A DNA stretch of 63,969 bases, counting the filler, from Pirum gemmata (lineage: Eukaryota), in assembly GCA_002812295.1 (NCBI GenBank). It is 26 parts of 26 records of this genome, joined end to end, with 100 filler letters (N's around TTAATTAATTAA, not from the genome) between each part and the next. Parts side by side here need not be neighbours in the genome. Positions count along the whole stretch, not along the records: positions 61,635 to 63,969 come from PDIN01007021.1; 25 more parts are not named here. The stretch is one strand, 5' to 3'. The position numbers were made by a program, and so were the translations under genes. Below the pieces are notes generated by a model. That model was not told where the DNA came from and searched no databases. It saw only the letters and a list, made by a program, of their open reading frames with translations. This document shows positions 61,903 to 63,969 of this stretch, piece after piece (position 1 is the stretch's first letter; each line of letters begins with the position of its first letter).

Positions 61903-63856
61903 ATGCCATGAAATATTGCTGTATCGTTGCAGCTACTGCTTCCGATTCAGCTCCACTTCAATATTTGGCTCCATATTCTGGTACAGCTATTGGTGAACAC
62001 TTCCGTGATAATGGAAAACATGCCCTAATTATATACGATGATTTGTCTAAACAAGCTGTAGCATACCGTCAAATGTCTTTATTATTACGTCGTCCGCCTG
62101 GTCGTGAAGTAAGTTTTTTGGTTTTTGTAAAGTTTATTTTTTTTTGTCTGTTTGGCGTTGTTTTAGTGGTAGTGGTTATGATAGTAGTTAAGTAGTTGTA
62201 ATTTAAATTGTAGTTGTAATTGTAACTGTAGTTGTAGTTCTAATAGTGGGTGTAGATGTAGTTCGTCGCAGGTAGTATTAACATTAATAGTGGTTCGTGA
62301 TATTAGTAGTATTGGTGGTATTAGTAGTATTTGTAGTATTAGTAGAAGTATGTGTAGAAACGCAAGTGCAAGATCAGATGGGGAAATGGTATTGTTTGAT
62401 TATGTGTCTTCTACGATTATGTGTCTTCTACGACTTCTCTGTAGGTTGTGGTAGTTCGTGGTGGTGGTGTAGTTAGTGGTGATGGTGTAGTTGGTGGTGA
62501 TGGTGTAGTTGGTGGTGGTGTTGTAGTTTGTAGTGGTCGTGTAGTTTGTAATGGTGATGTAGTTGGTGATGATGGTGTAGTTGGTAGTTGGTGATGATGG
62601 TGTAGTTGGTAGTTGGTGATGATGGTGTAGTTGGTAGTTAGTGATGATGGTGTACTTGGTGATGATGGTGTAGTTGGTGATGATGGTGTAGTTGGTTGGT
62701 GGTGATAGTGTAGTTGGTTGGTGATGATGGCGTAGTTGGTGTAGTGGGTGTAGTTGGTGGTGATGTAGTTGGTTGTGGGTGATGGTTGCGGATGGTGGGT
62801 TGTGGTTGTTCTGTATATTATTAAAACTAACAATGTTATCATTCTATAATATTATTAAATAGGCTTACCCTGGGGATGTATTTTACTTGCACTCTCGTTT
62901 ATTAGAACGTTCCGCTAAAATGTCCGAAGCTCACGGCAGTGGTTCTTTGACAGCTCTTCCTATTATCGAAACACAAGGTGGTGACGTATCTGCTTATATT
63001 CCTACAAATGTTATTTCTATTACTGACGGGCAAATCTTTTTAGAAACCGAATTGTACTTTAAAGGTATTCGTCCTGCTATCAATGTTGGTTTGTCTGTTT
63101 CTCGTGTAGGATCTGCTGCTCAATTAAAATGTATGAAACAAGTTTCTGGTACTATGAAATTGGATTTGGCTATTTATCGTGAGGTTGCTGCTTTTGCCCA
63201 GTTCGGTTCTGATTTAGATGCTGCTACCCAACAGCAGTTGACACGTGGTTCTAGATTAACTGAGTTGTTAAAACAAAAACAATATTCTCCTATGTCTGTA
63301 CCAGGTATTGTTTTGTTGTTTTTATTTTTTGTTTTTTTAGTTTTTACTTTTTGTTTACTAAAATATAATATAATCATGGGAATAAATACAATAACAACAG
63401 CTGGTAACTACTATTACTTTTTATTACTACTCTACTTTGGTAATATTATTGTTTTATTATTTACCTTTGGTTTTGATCGTTCGAAGCTTGTTTTTTTTTC
63501 TTTTATGGTAATATTATTTATCTTTTGATCGGTCGTCTGTAGTTTAGTTTTTCTTTTTTTTGTAGTTTTGTATTTTATTATTTTATTATTTAATTAATGT
63601 TTTCGCTGATATATTAACGTTTATTCCATTTATTTTTATTTTTACAGATATGGTTTGTGTTGTATTTGGTGGTGTTAAAGGTTTTCTGGATAAATTACCA
63701 ATTAATAGAATTGGTGAATTTGAACAGAAATTCTTGCAATATATGCATAGTGATGGAAAAGATATTCTTGATGATATTCAAGCTAAATCCGTATTATCTC
63801 CAGAGACTGAAGCAAAACTAAGGGTCAAACTAACAGATTTTCTTGCTAGTTTTTAA
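61903..63856 (+). CDS. ATP1: Mitochondrial F1-ATP synthase subunit alpha, nuclear-encoded, 3' part; exons 61903-62108, 62863-63304, 63648-63856
   Basis: [77 protein letters not shown] and [13 protein letters not shown] introns in frame; branch point ACTAAC at about 62826. Confidence 0.98.
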
Positions 63857-63969
63857 ATTGCCTTTTTTTTTATTATGTAAAAAATATAAAGTTGTTGGTT
63901 TTTTTTTAATTTTTTATTTTCATTTTTTTATTTGAAAATGTGTAATAATGGTTTGTATTTTTTTTTTTT

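Noticed and set aside
62417..62842. Mucin-like PTTPSS ORF nested antisense in the ATP1 intron
   Set aside because: It derives from an intronic tandem repeat; there is no credible start or other coding evidence.

Overview
This is not a contiguous locus. It is 26 short contigs (almost all about 2.3 kb) from an AT-rich eukaryotic draft genome, joined by 25 artificial 100-nt spacers (N44-TTAATTAATTAA-N44), so adjacency across spacers means nothing. The genes use GT-AG spliceosomal introns, several with CTAAY-type branch points, and the standard genetic code. Recognisable genes are a Tribbles/STK40-like pseudokinase ending in a COP1-type degron (EQFVP), a POT/PTR peptide transporter, a GH3 beta-glucosidase, an RI-like LRR protein, a class C-like 7TM receptor, nuclear-encoded mitochondrial ATP synthase alpha, an EsV-1-7-repeat protein, an Asn/Asp-rich protein and a 133-aa His-rich orphan. 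Mobile DNA dominates the rest: decayed Ty3/gypsy and Ty1/copia pieces, a broken piggyBac-like transposase carrying a YqaJ/lambda-exonuclease domain, at least seven MITE families, foldback repeats, interstitial TTAGGG arrays and clusters of TA-x-TA words that may be accumulated transposon excision footprints. Gene content suggests an opisthokont, possibly a unicellular holozoan such as an ichthyosporean; this is inference. The top leads are the YqaJ-piggyBac element with TTAA-flanked MITEs, the possibly non-animal Tribbles, the putative footprint arrays, the EsV-1-7 protein and the orphan.
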